From the IMG/VR virus record IMGVR_UViG_3300024272_002379: a stretch of DNA of 64,000 nt, one strand, 5' to 3'. Shown here in pieces: positions 47,805-57,906 of this stretch (position 1 is the first letter of the stretch; the number at the start of each line of letters is the position of its first letter). The notes beneath the pieces are model-generated. The model searched no databases. It worked only from the letters and a program-made list of their open reading frames with translations, and was not told the origin of the DNA. The position numbers were made by a program, and so were the translations under genes. Source of the DNA: a virus (Duplodnaviria; Caudoviricetes).

Positions 47805-49754
47805 TTATACAAGGTTACTTGCGTCTATGGTACTTCTTACGTCTACTATTGAAACATCTTGCTTAGCACCATTCCATCCTATAATGGTCACAAAAACACT
47901 TATTCCAAGGGTTGAATCATTATTAATAATTGAACACGATATAGTACCGTTATTTAAACCACCTATATAAAAATTAACCCATTCTTGCGTGCTAGAAGCC
48001 ATGCATGTAATACTTTCGTAATTATTAAAAGATTCCCATGAACAAATTTGTCCTGCTACTTTTAATGGTGTTCCTGTGGATGTTATATCTTCAGATTGTA
48101 TTACCATCATCCAATAGTCACATTCTTTAGCTGCGTCAAATACATCTTGCATAGTAGTTGAACTTACATCATATGTTGTCTGTGTTGCTGCATCACAATT
48201 GAATTCAAATATACCATGCACAGATTTGCTAGAACTAGCCCCTGCATTATAACCGTAGTCATAACCTTCGTCATAACCTGCTTCGAATCCTCGGTCATAA
48301 ATTACTTCTTTACATTGTCCATTATCTATTTTAATTTGCGTATGGTAACCTGCTGGAATATCAAACAATAAAGGGTCTTGACCATATTCAAGTTGTTGGT
48401 CAACTACCACATATGGTTTAGAAGAATAATCTGCCATTGTACCAGTAATAGCAACGCCAGAATTATTTGTAAATGTTTTACCAGCTAAAACGTTTGCCGC
48501 TACAGCAGTACCTTTCTTTGTTTCTAAGATACCATCCTGTCTTCCTTTATCAAATATATCATCTAATCCTGCTGCAAAATATGCCATTTCCCAGTCTGTA
48601 GTTGCTTCTATATCGTAATTAGCATAGCCACCTATCATTATATTTTTTGCATCTAGTATACCATCTTGCTTTCCTTCGCTATAAGAATCATTGCAAGCAT
48701 CTGTACTATCAACCTGAATTTTTGTATGATAACCATCTGGAATGTCGATAATGTCATTTCCGCCTGTTGCTTTTACAGTTTGAACGCTTGATGAGTAATC
48801 TGTCATTGTACCAGTTACTTTAGCTCCGTCAACATAAGCTGTCTTGCCTTTTAAGATTTGAGCTGCTGTTGCTGTCCCATCTGTCTGAGAAGCCAATGTG
48901 TTAGCTGTTATTTTACCAGTACCATCATGAAATCCTTTCGGTATAGTAAATGACTCGCCACAATTTAGAGATGCTGTTTTAGAACCATTATTTGTCATTG
49001 TGCCAGTCAAACCTATAGAGGAACTATTAGTAAACGTTTTATCAGCTAATACGTTTTCAGCTACGGCATTTCCTTTTTTAGCAGCCGTAACACCAGCATT
49101 ATAGTTGTTTGCTGCTATTGCCTTAATGTTGCTTGTCATTGTTGCGAAAGTGGCATCTGCTGCTGTCGTCACACCGTTATCAGTGATGGCAGATGCAATA
49201 GACGATTTTCCATCACTGACAGATTTTTTTACATTAGTAAGTTCTGTCTGTAAAGTCTCAAATAAGATTTGTAACGCATCAATTAATGTTTTAAGAGCAA
49301 CACCTTGAGCTGCCGATAAAGGCTTTGATGATACATTTGTTGTAAGGTTGTCAATAATATCTGCCGTATTGACTTTGCCTGTAGTAATGGCATCAATGAG
49401 GTCTTTGTTTGATTTTACATAAGCAACAAGTTCACTCATTTGGTCTAGTGATTCATCATCACTATCTAGTAAGGTATTTACTCTATTAACCAATTCTGTA
49501 ATGAGCACTCGAATATCATTATGTGCCGATGCGGAAATATTATGAGATGTAATATTGTTAGAGGCAGCTCCACTTGGCTCAGCTCCTATATCAGAAGCAG
49601 TGAGTGTAATGTCCTCAGTTAATGGCTTGCCGTTAATAGTTCTTGTGGTTGGAACTTTGTCATTAACGTTATTTAATAATGCTGATACTTTGCTGTTAAT
49701 AAATGTTTTGATTTGGAGAATAGCATCTCCGAATTGCTCTTTACTTATTCCCAT
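47805..49754 (-). CDS. tail fiber protein with internal repeats
   Basis: VPTTRTINGK.L..DITL, HN....AH.DIR, IDNLT....PLSA.QG..LK; three G.A.A..VL.GKT.......TGTM repeats. Confidence 0.85.
   Translation of the reverse strand: MGISKEQFGDAILQIKTFINSKVSALLNNVNDKVPTTRTINGKPLTEDITLTASDIGAEPSGAASNNITSHNISASAHNDIRVLITELVNRVNTLLDSDDESLDQMSELVAYVKSNKDLIDAITTGKVNTADIIDNLTTNVSSKPLSAAQGVALKTLIDALQILFETLQTELTNVKKSVSDGKSSIASAITDNGVTTAADATFATMTSNIKAIAANNYNAGVTAAKKGNAVAENVLADKTFTNSSSIGLTGTMTNNGSKTASLNCGESFTIPKGFHDGTGKITANTLASQTDGTATAAQILKGKTAYVDGAKVTGTMTDYSSSVQTVKATGGNDIIDIPDGYHTKIQVDSTDACNDSYSEGKQDGILDAKNIMIGGYANYDIEATTDWEMAYFAAGLDDIFDKGRQDGILETKKGTAVAANVLAGKTFTNNSGVAITGTMADYSSKPYVVVDQQLEYGQDPLLFDIPAGYHTQIKIDNGQCKEVIYDRGFEAGYDEGYDYGYNAGASSSKSVHGIFEFNCDAATQTTYDVSSTTMQDVFDAAKECDYWMMVIQSEDITSTGTPLKVAGQICSWESFNNYESITCMASSTQEWVNFYIGGLNNGTISCSIINNDSTLGISVFVTIIGWNGAKQDVSIVDVRSTIDASNLV
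48240..49110 (-). repeat. internal tandem protein repeats in the tail fiber gene
   Basis: KKGNAVAENVLADKTFTN..TGTM / GTATAAQILKGKTAYV..TGTM / KKGTAVAANVLAGKTFTN..TGTM, each followed by IP.G(F/Y)H; also YxxG repeats. Confidence 0.8.
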
Positions 49755-51634
49755 TATTCTTCCCCTCCTAATATATCTGTAACCATATTTGATATTTCTT
49801 CATCGGTATATGAAGGTCCAGAATTAATTGTACCTTCTGCCGTTGTGCGGTATTTAATACCTACAATTTTGTAGATTTTAGCATAAGTATTTTTGTCAAT
49901 AACGACCTCAGTATCAGACGAAAAATGAAGATGTACCCAGTTTTGATTATAAGTAGAAGACATGGCATCATTACAGAAAGTAAATTCAATTTTTTTACCT
50001 TCTGTTATTTCTTCAGTAGGGAATTCGTGAAAATTCTTTGAATTGTTTTCATCATCATTCCAACAACTTCTAATTTGAATATAATCATAATTTTTAACAC
50101 TATCAGACAAAGTAGCACTACCAGTAGTAAAAGAACCCTCAAATAATACTGTTTCTTTTCTTAAACCAAATACATTCATAAAATATGTTGGTTCATATTT
50201 GATACAAGAATAAGAATGTGAAGAAGCGATATTGCCAAATAGTCTTACATCTCCTAATCCAAAATTATAATTACTTGCACCATAAGTTGTTTTAATAGCT
50301 ATTCTAAAGATACTATACGCTTCAGTGGATGTTATTTCATAATCATAATATTTAGTATGGTCATTAGGTAGGGTGCTCGTTAGTAATGTATCAAATTTAA
50401 CTCCATCTTTAGACGCTTGCAATTCAAAGTCTTTACATCTGTAGATAGAGTTATACATGTAATTTCTCAGGCTAATTTTATTTATGACTCTATCTTTACC
50501 ATCTGTAAATTGTACTTGTACATATCCAGGAGTTTCTCCTGATGGATACGAATTAGAAAGCCATCCTGTTGTATCATCTCTATCGAATACATAATATCCA
50601 TTGTACGAATGTTCGCTGTCTTGTGTGACCTTGCAAATATCACTAGAATAATTAATCATTTTTGGCACTAGACCATATACATCATTGTCTTCTTCTGTAC
50701 TATTTATTTTAGGTACAGCAAAAGTAGTTACGCCATCTCCACCAAAGTAATTTATAGAACCAGTAGAATCTGCAATACATTGTGCAAGATGTGGATAATC
50801 TGCAATGTTATATTCACTACCATCACATATTAAATAATGTTTAGGAGCTTTAGTTCCCATATAAGATATAATATGACCTACTGGTGTATCTTCTAAACCT
50901 TGTGTTGTGTTAATATGCTCTACTGGGTCTATAGTCGTTACACGCCCTATTTCTTCCACAATAAAATAATTACCTTCAGTAGAGTATATTCTTTGTTTGC
51001 CTTCTTGAAACGTTACTTTTATTTGTATTTCGCAATCGTTTTCTGGAATGTAAATACCATTACCGTTTGTATTTGATGCTGTAGTGTCATAACTAGCTGC
51101 CGATTTGATAAAGGTAATTATTTGTTTATTATTAGTTACGTCAAAAATACTAAAACCACAATATCCTTTAGTGGCAGTGTATATATCAGCGGAAATTTTA
51201 TATGTTTTGCCAGCTTTTAATGTAATTGAGTAATTCGTTTCATTGGTTTTCATATTGCCATTGACTTTAGTAAATGGTAAAACATAACCAACGCTTAAGT
51301 CAGCGTTTTCAGTATTTGACAACATTAAATAGCAATAATCTAATTCAGTATTTAAATATTTTTGACTTCTGGAAATTGAATTAGTAATAGTTTCTAATTG
51401 CTGTATAATTTCTGTTTTATCTTCTACATATAAAGTTCCATCTTCCTGTTGTTTAATAGCATTCCCTTCAAGGTTTGAAAGGTTAACACCGTTAAATTCT
51501 TTAAGTTCTCCATTATCAGACAACTTAATAGAGTTACAATGCTTACAAATATACAAGTAGTCGTATCCAGCATTTTCTTTTTCCCTATAGGATTGAAAAT
51601 GCTCTTCTGAATTAATCTCTATAATTTTTAACAT
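49754..51634 (-). CDS. tail fiber protein with tail-collar and discoidin (F5/8) domains
   Basis: PVG.II.Y.G..AP..YL.CDG...Y..L.....FGGDG.TTFAVP collar motif; FD....T.W...KDFELQAS.DG discoidin motif. Confidence 0.85.
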   Translation of the reverse strand: MLKIIEINSEEHFQSYREKENAGYDYLYICKHCNSIKLSDNGELKEFNGVNLSNLEGNAIKQQEDGTLYVEDKTEIIQQLETITNSISRSQKYLNTELDYCYLMLSNTENADLSVGYVLPFTKVNGNMKTNETNYSITLKAGKTYKISADIYTATKGYCGFSIFDVTNNKQIITFIKSAASYDTTASNTNGNGIYIPENDCEIQIKVTFQEGKQRIYSTEGNYFIVEEIGRVTTIDPVEHINTTQGLEDTPVGHIISYMGTKAPKHYLICDGSEYNIADYPHLAQCIADSTGSINYFGGDGVTTFAVPKINSTEEDNDVYGLVPKMINYSSDICKVTQDSEHSYNGYYVFDRDDTTGWLSNSYPSGETPGYVQVQFTDGKDRVINKISLRNYMYNSIYRCKDFELQASKDGVKFDTLLTSTLPNDHTKYYDYEITSTEAYSIFRIAIKTTYGASNYNFGLGDVRLFGNIASSHSYSCIKYEPTYFMNVFGLRKETVLFEGSFTTGSATLSDSVKNYDYIQIRSCWNDDENNSKNFHEFPTEEITEGKKIEFTFCNDAMSSTYNQNWVHLHFSSDTEVVIDKNTYAKIYKIVGIKYRTTAEGTINSGPSYTDEEISNMVTDILGGEE

Positions 51635-51645
51635 GACTGCCTCCT

Positions 51646-52209
51646 TTATTGTTCTGCATCATTAGATATCAGACAATGTTTTTGTATCAATTTATGATTT
51701 TTAATAGCATTCAATACAGTAGATTTTATTGTTTCAGATATATGAACTAATGGTCCTAATACTTGAAATTCAAAAGAAGCATTACCCGATTCTTGTGTTA
51801 GCATAATTCTTTTTATTTTAATAGGTTGTTCAGAAGACCATCCTATTTTGTTTTTCTTCCAGCTTAAGCCATTTGAATAATCTGAAATATAGTTTAAAGT
51901 TACATTAGGAAACTCATTTAGATTGGAGCTTAATTCTAATGAGTCATCTTCTGAATAATAAACAGTTGTTGTAGTATAAAGATTCCCCCAATGTTGAGTA
52001 GTATAGTCTATTATTTCGTTTATTAAATGTGGAGAGTTAAACACTATTAGAGCTCTTGTTCCACCTAACCAATTATATCCCTTACCGTCTCTAAGAGCGT
52101 TATTAATAAGTTCATTATCCACTAAACTTTCGGGTTTGCATCCATCTTTGTAACTATCTGCGGTTATACTATATAAATCTGTTAAACAAAAATTAACTTT
52201 TTCATTCAT
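51646..52209 (-). CDS. discoidin-like adhesin module with shared C-terminal helix
   Basis: Beta-rich head, then ETIKSTVLNAIKNHKLIQKH. Confidence 0.6.
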   Translation of the reverse strand: MNEKVNFCLTDLYSITADSYKDGCKPESLVDNELINNALRDGKGYNWLGGTRALIVFNSPHLINEIIDYTTQHWGNLYTTTTVYYSEDDSLELSSNLNEFPNVTLNYISDYSNGLSWKKNKIGWSSEQPIKIKRIMLTQESGNASFEFQVLGPLVHISETIKSTVLNAIKNHKLIQKHCLISNDAEQ

Positions 52210-52252
52210 TATTAGTCACCTCATAAAAATAATGATATATATTTTTATATTG

Positions 52253-53056
52253 CTACAGCTTTTGAGTTAATTTATGAGAAAGTATTACGTTTTCCAGTAA
52301 TGTTACTCTTGTGATAAGACCTACACCACCAGGAACTGGCGTAATAAAGGAGCATAAATCTTTTACATTATCGTAATCAACATCTCCGCACATTTTACCG
52401 TCTTCATCTTGATTAATGCCAACGTCTACAATAATAGCCCCTTCTTTAATCATGTCTTTTGTAATGAACTTTGGTTTTCCTACTGCTGATATAATTATAT
52501 CAGCTTTTCTCAAAATATTCTCTAAATTTTGTGTATAACTATTACAACATGTAACTGTTGCGTTTGTTTTCTCTATTATGAGATTAACCATTGGCTGCCC
52601 GACGATTTTACTTCGTCCTAGTACAACAACATTTTTACCAGTCCAATATGTAACTTCACTAAGAAGATTATAAACACCTAATGGAGTACAAGGTGTAAAT
52701 TTAGATGTAACTTTAAAACCGTCTACATCTTTGTCGTCATCAATTGCTGCTTGTACTTTTTCTACAGAAATATGCTTTGGTAATGGAAGTTGTACGATAA
52801 CCCCATCACATTTTTTGTTAGCATTTTCGATAATCTTTATTAATGTATCTTCTTCAATATCTTCTTCTACTTTAAATAAAGTTGGTTTAATTCCTACTTC
52901 TTCACAATCTTTTATTTTACCAGCGACGTATTTATTAGAAGCAAAATTATCACCAACTTGTATAATGCATAAACTAGGATTTAGCTTATGATTCTGTATA
53001 GTTTTCATAATAGCATGTTTTCTTTGTGCTACAAATTCTTTACAATAATTACTCAA
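52253..53056 (-). CDS. folD: bifunctional methylene-THF dehydrogenase/cyclohydrolase
   Basis: AS..YV..K, GVIVQLPLP, KDVDG, PCTP.G, GRS.IVG.P, DVGIN, GDVD, TPVPGGVG; TTG start with GGAGG RBS. Confidence 0.96.
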   Translation of the reverse strand: MSNYCKEFVAQRKHAIMKTIQNHKLNPSLCIIQVGDNFASNKYVAGKIKDCEEVGIKPTLFKVEEDIEEDTLIKIIENANKKCDGVIVQLPLPKHISVEKVQAAIDDDKDVDGFKVTSKFTPCTPLGVYNLLSEVTYWTGKNVVVLGRSKIVGQPMVNLIIEKTNATVTCCNSYTQNLENILRKADIIISAVGKPKFITKDMIKEGAIIVDVGINQDEDGKMCGDVDYDNVKDLCSFITPVPGGVGLITRVTLLENVILSHKLTQKL

Positions 53057-53059
53057 TTT

Positions 53060-53578
53060 CTATTCCTCCGTATGTGGTACTACGTATTTCATTAATTCAT
53101 GATTTAGTATTGCGTCTTTAACTGCATCCTTTAATGAAGTATTTCCATACATTTCTAATTCTACAACTGTCCATGGATAATCACCATTGATTCCACTAAC
53201 ATTTTCTCTTAACTGTAATCCCCAGTATTCATGTGCTCCATTATCTTCCAATTGTATTTCTGTAAAACCACATGGTAAATTAGTTACGTATTTTGCATCA
53301 ATCCAATTTATACCGTCATCTGAATAAATTACATATACATTTGTTCCGTATTCTGCTATTTCGTTACCACTGCCTTGGGTTAAATACATTTTTAAAATTC
53401 TTTCTGGTTTTGAAAAATGATAAGCAATATAAGGTTTGTTGCTACCTGCAAAACTATGAGATGCATAACCTTTTGATGTGGAACCATCAAAAGCATTGTT
53501 TGGTCCAAATTTTTCTATATTGCCAGATTCATGAAAACTGTTTGTAATTGCCTCTCCATTTATACAAAGATTTTTCAT
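53060..53578 (-). CDS. F5/8 discoidin-domain protein with shared C-terminal helix
   Basis: P.NAFDG, YSDDGINW, VVELEMYG; tail LKDAVKDAILNHELMKYV. Confidence 0.75.
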   Translation of the reverse strand: MKNLCINGEAITNSFHESGNIEKFGPNNAFDGSTSKGYASHSFAGSNKPYIAYHFSKPERILKMYLTQGSGNEIAEYGTNVYVIYSDDGINWIDAKYVTNLPCGFTEIQLEDNGAHEYWGLQLRENVSGINGDYPWTVVELEMYGNTSLKDAVKDAILNHELMKYVVPHTEE

Positions 53579-53588
53579 ATTATCCCCT

Positions 53589-54161
53589 CTATTCTAATGC
53601 TGCTGTAGCAGCTTCATATACTGTATTATATATTCTTGATTTTGTCGATGTTGATTCTTCTTCTATGGTTTCAAAAGGCATGACATGTTTTTGTATCAAT
53701 TCATGATTAAGAATAGCATCTTTAACGTTTTCCTTTATCATCTTACTTTCTGTTTGTACTTCTTCTAAATACCATTCAATATCTCCTCTGTACTTTCCTG
53801 TATGAGAAAAAGTATAAGTACCAGGTTCTAAACCTTCTAGCCATAATTCATAGTCACCACTATTGTTAGGGTTTTTTAAAGTATGTTGTGTTTTATATGT
53901 ATTTGGCGTTATATTTAACGAATTATTATGCCCGTTATTTGGTAGAGTTTTTCTCCATATATTGCATTTTTTGTTAAATGTAATAGTACAGTAATCACCA
54001 TTATAGTTCCAGTCAAAGCTATGTCTCCAGTTTGAAGGGGCTTCAATACCATCAAATAGATAAATAGGATTACAGCTATTATGACTTCTATATGTTACAA
54101 TCTCATAGTCTGTCATCTCTTTACCAAGTTTTTCTACATTAGGTTTAGATGTTCCTGCCAT
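53589..54161 (-). CDS. adhesin-like module protein, paralog of 56241-57077
   Basis: MAGTSKPN start, LFDG....NW, R.D.EW.LE; IKENVKDAILNHELIQKH motif and YEAATAALE tail. Confidence 0.65.
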   Translation of the reverse strand: MAGTSKPNVEKLGKEMTDYEIVTYRSHNSCNPIYLFDGIEAPSNWRHSFDWNYNGDYCTITFNKKCNIWRKTLPNNGHNNSLNITPNTYKTQHTLKNPNNSGDYELWLEGLEPGTYTFSHTGKYRGDIEWYLEEVQTESKMIKENVKDAILNHELIQKHVMPFETIEEESTSTKSRIYNTVYEAATAALE

Positions 54162-54922
54162 ATCTGTTCCTCCTCATATGATACTATATATTTAAACATT
54201 TCATGGTTCTTAATAGCATTTAAAATAGATGCTTTAATTGTTTCAGAAGGACCTGTTATATTTAATAACAACTTATAATAATCAGGATAATCTTTTTTTA
54301 AATTATCATAATATTGATAACCTAATCCTTCGGCATTCATATTCATTGAATTATTAGCACCATCAATAGTAATACTACCAAAATTAACATTATAAGTACA
54401 ATAATTCAAATGTTGAGTACCCAATTCTAAACCTCTTCCATTAAAAGTACAGTTAGTATAATATAATTTAGTATCTGGATAGTGATTATTAGCACCATAA
54501 ACAAAAATACTACCAGGGAAATAACCGTTTGTCTGGAATAAACAATTATAAAATCGTTTATAGTAAATTTGATTATTTGCATCTAAATATAATAATGCTC
54601 TTATGTCTCCATCAAAACTTGTATGAGGTTGTAGTATTAAATTTATAAACATTATATTATTTGTACTTGTTGAACATGCTTCGCATTTTTGAGCACTAAT
54701 AGTAACTAATGTTTGTCCAATAATAGTAACGTCATATCCTATATTCATTGGTTCTGCTAAACTATATAAAAGATATGGAGTTTCACTTTCTTTTAATATA
54801 ATAACACCAGCTTCTTTGCTTGCTTTTAAAAGATTAAGTGCTGTTGCAATATCAGCTACTGGGGTATCTTTTGTCCCAGTGCTTGAATTGTTTCCGTTTA
54901 TATTATCAACATAATAGTTCAT
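54134..54922 (-). CDS. DUF1565/pectin-lyase-like beta-helix protein with shared C-terminal helix
   Basis: YYVD...GN...GT...P...I..A N-terminal motif, NC.F rungs; tail ETIKASILNAIKNHEMFKYIV. Confidence 0.7.
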   Translation of the reverse strand: MNYYVDNINGNNSSTGTKDTPVADIATALNLLKASKEAGVIILKESETPYLLYSLAEPMNIGYDVTIIGQTLVTISAQKCEACSTSTNNIMFINLILQPHTSFDGDIRALLYLDANNQIYYKRFYNCLFQTNGYFPGSIFVYGANNHYPDTKLYYTNCTFNGRGLELGTQHLNYCTYNVNFGSITIDGANNSMNMNAEGLGYQYYDNLKKDYPDYYKLLLNITGPSETIKASILNAIKNHEMFKYIVSYEEEQIWQEHLNLM

Positions 54923-54940
54923 ATTTTGACCCCTCCTTTT

Positions 54941-56227
54941 TTATGGCTCTAAATACAAGTAATACCAGTAAGTTGTATTACCTTCAGGATTAAGTAATAT
55001 ATAATATTTGTCATTGTATTCTGAAACATCTATTTCATCTTCATAGTCGCCAGATGGAGTAAAGGATTCTAATAAAATTTCAGTACCATCTTTATCAACT
55101 AAGAATATTTTACCAGGCCATTTATTCCTTTCCGTTTGAGAAAAATGGAATTTTAAAGTATTATAAAGCGATAAATCTATCATTTCTTTTGTCTGATAAT
55201 AAGCACAACAACGTTCAAGGCTTGTATAGTAATTATAGACATAATCTTTATGAACGGATACACCTGCATTCTCTTGACTGATATCATCCATTGTTGTTTC
55301 AAACACTTTTGTTTTATCGCCTAATGGAATTATATAATATGGTTCGATTCCAAAATCTATTACCGAAACATATTTATTAAATAATTCATTTGTCTGAAAA
55401 ACATTTAGAACTCCTTTTTTAAGTTTTTCTGATGGGTCAATTCCAATAAATTTATTATCTATGTAGACCTTACCTGAAGATATTTTAGAAGTATAAGACA
55501 ATAAATTATTTTTAGAAGTATCCATGGATTCGTCAATAATACAGTCTTGTTCTACTGCATACCCACCACTTGAAAATTCATTATGAACGATTTGTTTATT
55601 ACAAACACAATTGCTTAGTGTTATTCTTCCTGAATAATTAACTCCACGCATTTCGCCATAAACATGGAAAACACAATTTTCAATAGTTGTCTCAACATAA
55701 TTATTATCATATATTAACGCATGTTTAGGTCTTGAGAAAGGATTATAAAATTCAAATATACAGTTTTTGCAAACCCAACCATATCTTGGTTCTACAAAAA
55801 ATATATCACTTAAAGTTCCGCCCCATGAAGTATCAACGACTTCTTTCATGACTATTATTTTAAAATGTACATTAATCAATTTACCATTCATATGGTAGAA
55901 GTCATATCCTCTTCCTCCGTCTCCAGTGTGTGATATGTTAATTTTAGTATTGCGAATATCACTACAAATCAATATATCTTTAGCACATGTAAAAATAGGA
56001 ATTGTATAACTAGCACTTTCTCGGTATACATGTTCATTTGTATAATTGTACTCGCCTTTCAAAAAATAAATAGCATCACCATCAGTAGCCTTATTGTATG
56101 CTGCAAGATAAGAAAAAAATGGGTTATCAATTGAGCCATCGCCAGTTGCGTCGTTTCCATCTGGCGAGCAGTAATATATGTTATTTACTGTGTAATTCGT
56201 ATTGTTGATAGTTATTGTATGTGCCAT
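54941..56227 (-). CDS. DUF1565/beta-helix protein with internal shared helix and extra C-terminal domain
   Basis: YY.SP.GND.TGDGS..NPF.S...A......GD.I....G.Y, NC.F rungs; internal EKLKKGVLNVFQTNELFNKYV. Confidence 0.7.
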   Translation of the reverse strand: MAHTITINNTNYTVNNIYYCSPDGNDATGDGSIDNPFFSYLAAYNKATDGDAIYFLKGEYNYTNEHVYRESASYTIPIFTCAKDILICSDIRNTKINISHTGDGGRGYDFYHMNGKLINVHFKIIVMKEVVDTSWGGTLSDIFFVEPRYGWVCKNCIFEFYNPFSRPKHALIYDNNYVETTIENCVFHVYGEMRGVNYSGRITLSNCVCNKQIVHNEFSSGGYAVEQDCIIDESMDTSKNNLLSYTSKISSGKVYIDNKFIGIDPSEKLKKGVLNVFQTNELFNKYVSVIDFGIEPYYIIPLGDKTKVFETTMDDISQENAGVSVHKDYVYNYYTSLERCCAYYQTKEMIDLSLYNTLKFHFSQTERNKWPGKIFLVDKDGTEILLESFTPSGDYEDEIDVSEYNDKYYILLNPEGNTTYWYYLYLEP

Positions 56228-56240
56228 ATTTTCACTCCTC

Positions 56241-57077
56241 CTATTCTAAAGCTGTTGTAGCAGCTTCGTATATTGATTTATATACCATATTACTTATTGG
56301 AGCAGGAGTATCAGCATTATCCGTTTCTTCATCTCCGCCGATTATATATTTATCTACAACTTCTTTAAGTAAATTGTAGACTTCTTGTTTGATTTTAACT
56401 GCTACAATGTTGCCATCAGTATCTGTAATGGGTTCAAAATCTACAAACATTGGGGTTAGTGTGATATTTTCTGTTACCATATCTCCATTTTTGAACAATG
56501 TTCCATCAGGTTTTTGATACCCAATACAAACTTTATTAACCTGACATGCTGGAAAATCATTAACACTTATTGGAGTATTTTCAGAGTAACCCTTAGTGTA
56601 AATTTCATTATTATTTTGGTCACAACATGTTATTCGATAAGAACCATCTGTTCTTTCTAAAAACCATTCAGTATCCAGTCTAAGAGCACTTGTTGCTTTA
56701 AATTTATATATTCCAGCTTCTTTAATGGTCATACATTTTTGCCATTCATATTTATTTGCCAAATTATATTGCTCAATTTGACTTGTAATGTCTGTTTCTG
56801 TTCCATCATTTTCTATTTTATATATTTGAAATTTACCAGTATAACCACTATAACTTTTAGAACTATGTCTCCATATTATACATGGCGTGTCAAATTTAAT
56901 AGTTACATATTTAGTTGAGTCACCCCAATAACATACATCTGACGTATTCCAGTTACTTGCATGTATAACTCCATCAAATAATCCTTTTGCAGAGCCTGTA
57001 ACAGAACTTGATATTATTTGACAAGTAGTTTCCATTCCCGTTATTAAAGAATCGTTTGGTTTAGCTGTTCCTGCCAT
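56241..57077 (-). CDS. adhesin-like module protein with InlB-B/Flg_new-like repeat, paralog of 53589-54161
   Basis: MAGTAKPN start, LFDG....NW, R.D.EW.LE, VTENITL.P.F; YEAATTALE tail. Confidence 0.65.
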   Translation of the reverse strand: MAGTAKPNDSLITGMETTCQIISSSVTGSAKGLFDGVIHASNWNTSDVCYWGDSTKYVTIKFDTPCIIWRHSSKSYSGYTGKFQIYKIENDGTETDITSQIEQYNLANKYEWQKCMTIKEAGIYKFKATSALRLDTEWFLERTDGSYRITCCDQNNNEIYTKGYSENTPISVNDFPACQVNKVCIGYQKPDGTLFKNGDMVTENITLTPMFVDFEPITDTDGNIVAVKIKQEVYNLLKEVVDKYIIGGDEETDNADTPAPISNMVYKSIYEAATTALE

Positions 57078-57087
57078 AAAATACCTC

Positions 57088-57906
57088 CTATAAAATTACC
57101 ACATTATCTATGTCTCTTGATACGATAAATCTTTCAAACCATCTGCATGATTGATTTACATACAAAGCTTTTTCTCCGTTAATCTTAAATGAGATATTTG
57201 ATTCTTGTAAGATATTTTCAGATACATTCATGATTACTTGGGTAATTTTATCTATGATAATGTCTTCGCCTATACTTAAGTTAGATAAGTAATCAGTTAG
57301 AGCAAGCTGTACATCATATCTGATTTCTTGCTTTTCGATATCTGATAATGTGTCCTTAAGGAATAATTTCTGCTTAATTGAAACATATGTAAGAGTAGGA
57401 CTAACAACATTGTATCTAATACCATATCCATGTACATTTAAAAGCTTTGCTTTTACGTTTTCCAGAATACCTTCTGAGGTTACATCTTTATCGGATAATA
57501 CGATAACAGTAAAAGAACCAGCTCCCATAGAATAAGGTTTAAGAATAACATCATTAACGCCTTCAACAGTTAACGCTGTTAATCGAATTGCTGTTTCATT
57601 TGATGTAGCAAGAGTAAGGCACTGATTTACAATTCTGTATCTAAAATTATCATCCGTTTCATTTGTTAATCTAAAGCATTGTACCAGTACACCAATAGCA
57701 TCTAATGCTCCGCCATCTGCTGTAGTTACGAATGCCCTAATGTGATTAACAGTTAATGTATTGTACAAATTAGCAATGTTCTTATTTACAATATTCATAA
57801 ACAATTTTGCTATTGCACCTGGAGATGTAGAAAAACCAACGGCTGCTAAGTCGCTGGTAGATTCTACACTTAATTCTTCAAATGTTTTTGTATTTAATAC
57901 TATCAT
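57088..57906 (-). CDS. baseplate J-like wedge protein
   Basis: TA.G.ALD.IG, ETDD.FRYRI, V.GV.DV...P...GAGS..V.V. Confidence 0.85.
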   Translation of the reverse strand: MIVLNTKTFEELSVESTSDLAAVGFSTSPGAIAKLFMNIVNKNIANLYNTLTVNHIRAFVTTADGGALDAIGVLVQCFRLTNETDDNFRYRIVNQCLTLATSNETAIRLTALTVEGVNDVILKPYSMGAGSFTVIVLSDKDVTSEGILENVKAKLLNVHGYGIRYNVVSPTLTYVSIKQKLFLKDTLSDIEKQEIRYDVQLALTDYLSNLSIGEDIIIDKITQVIMNVSENILQESNISFKINGEKALYVNQSCRWFERFIVSRDIDNVVIL

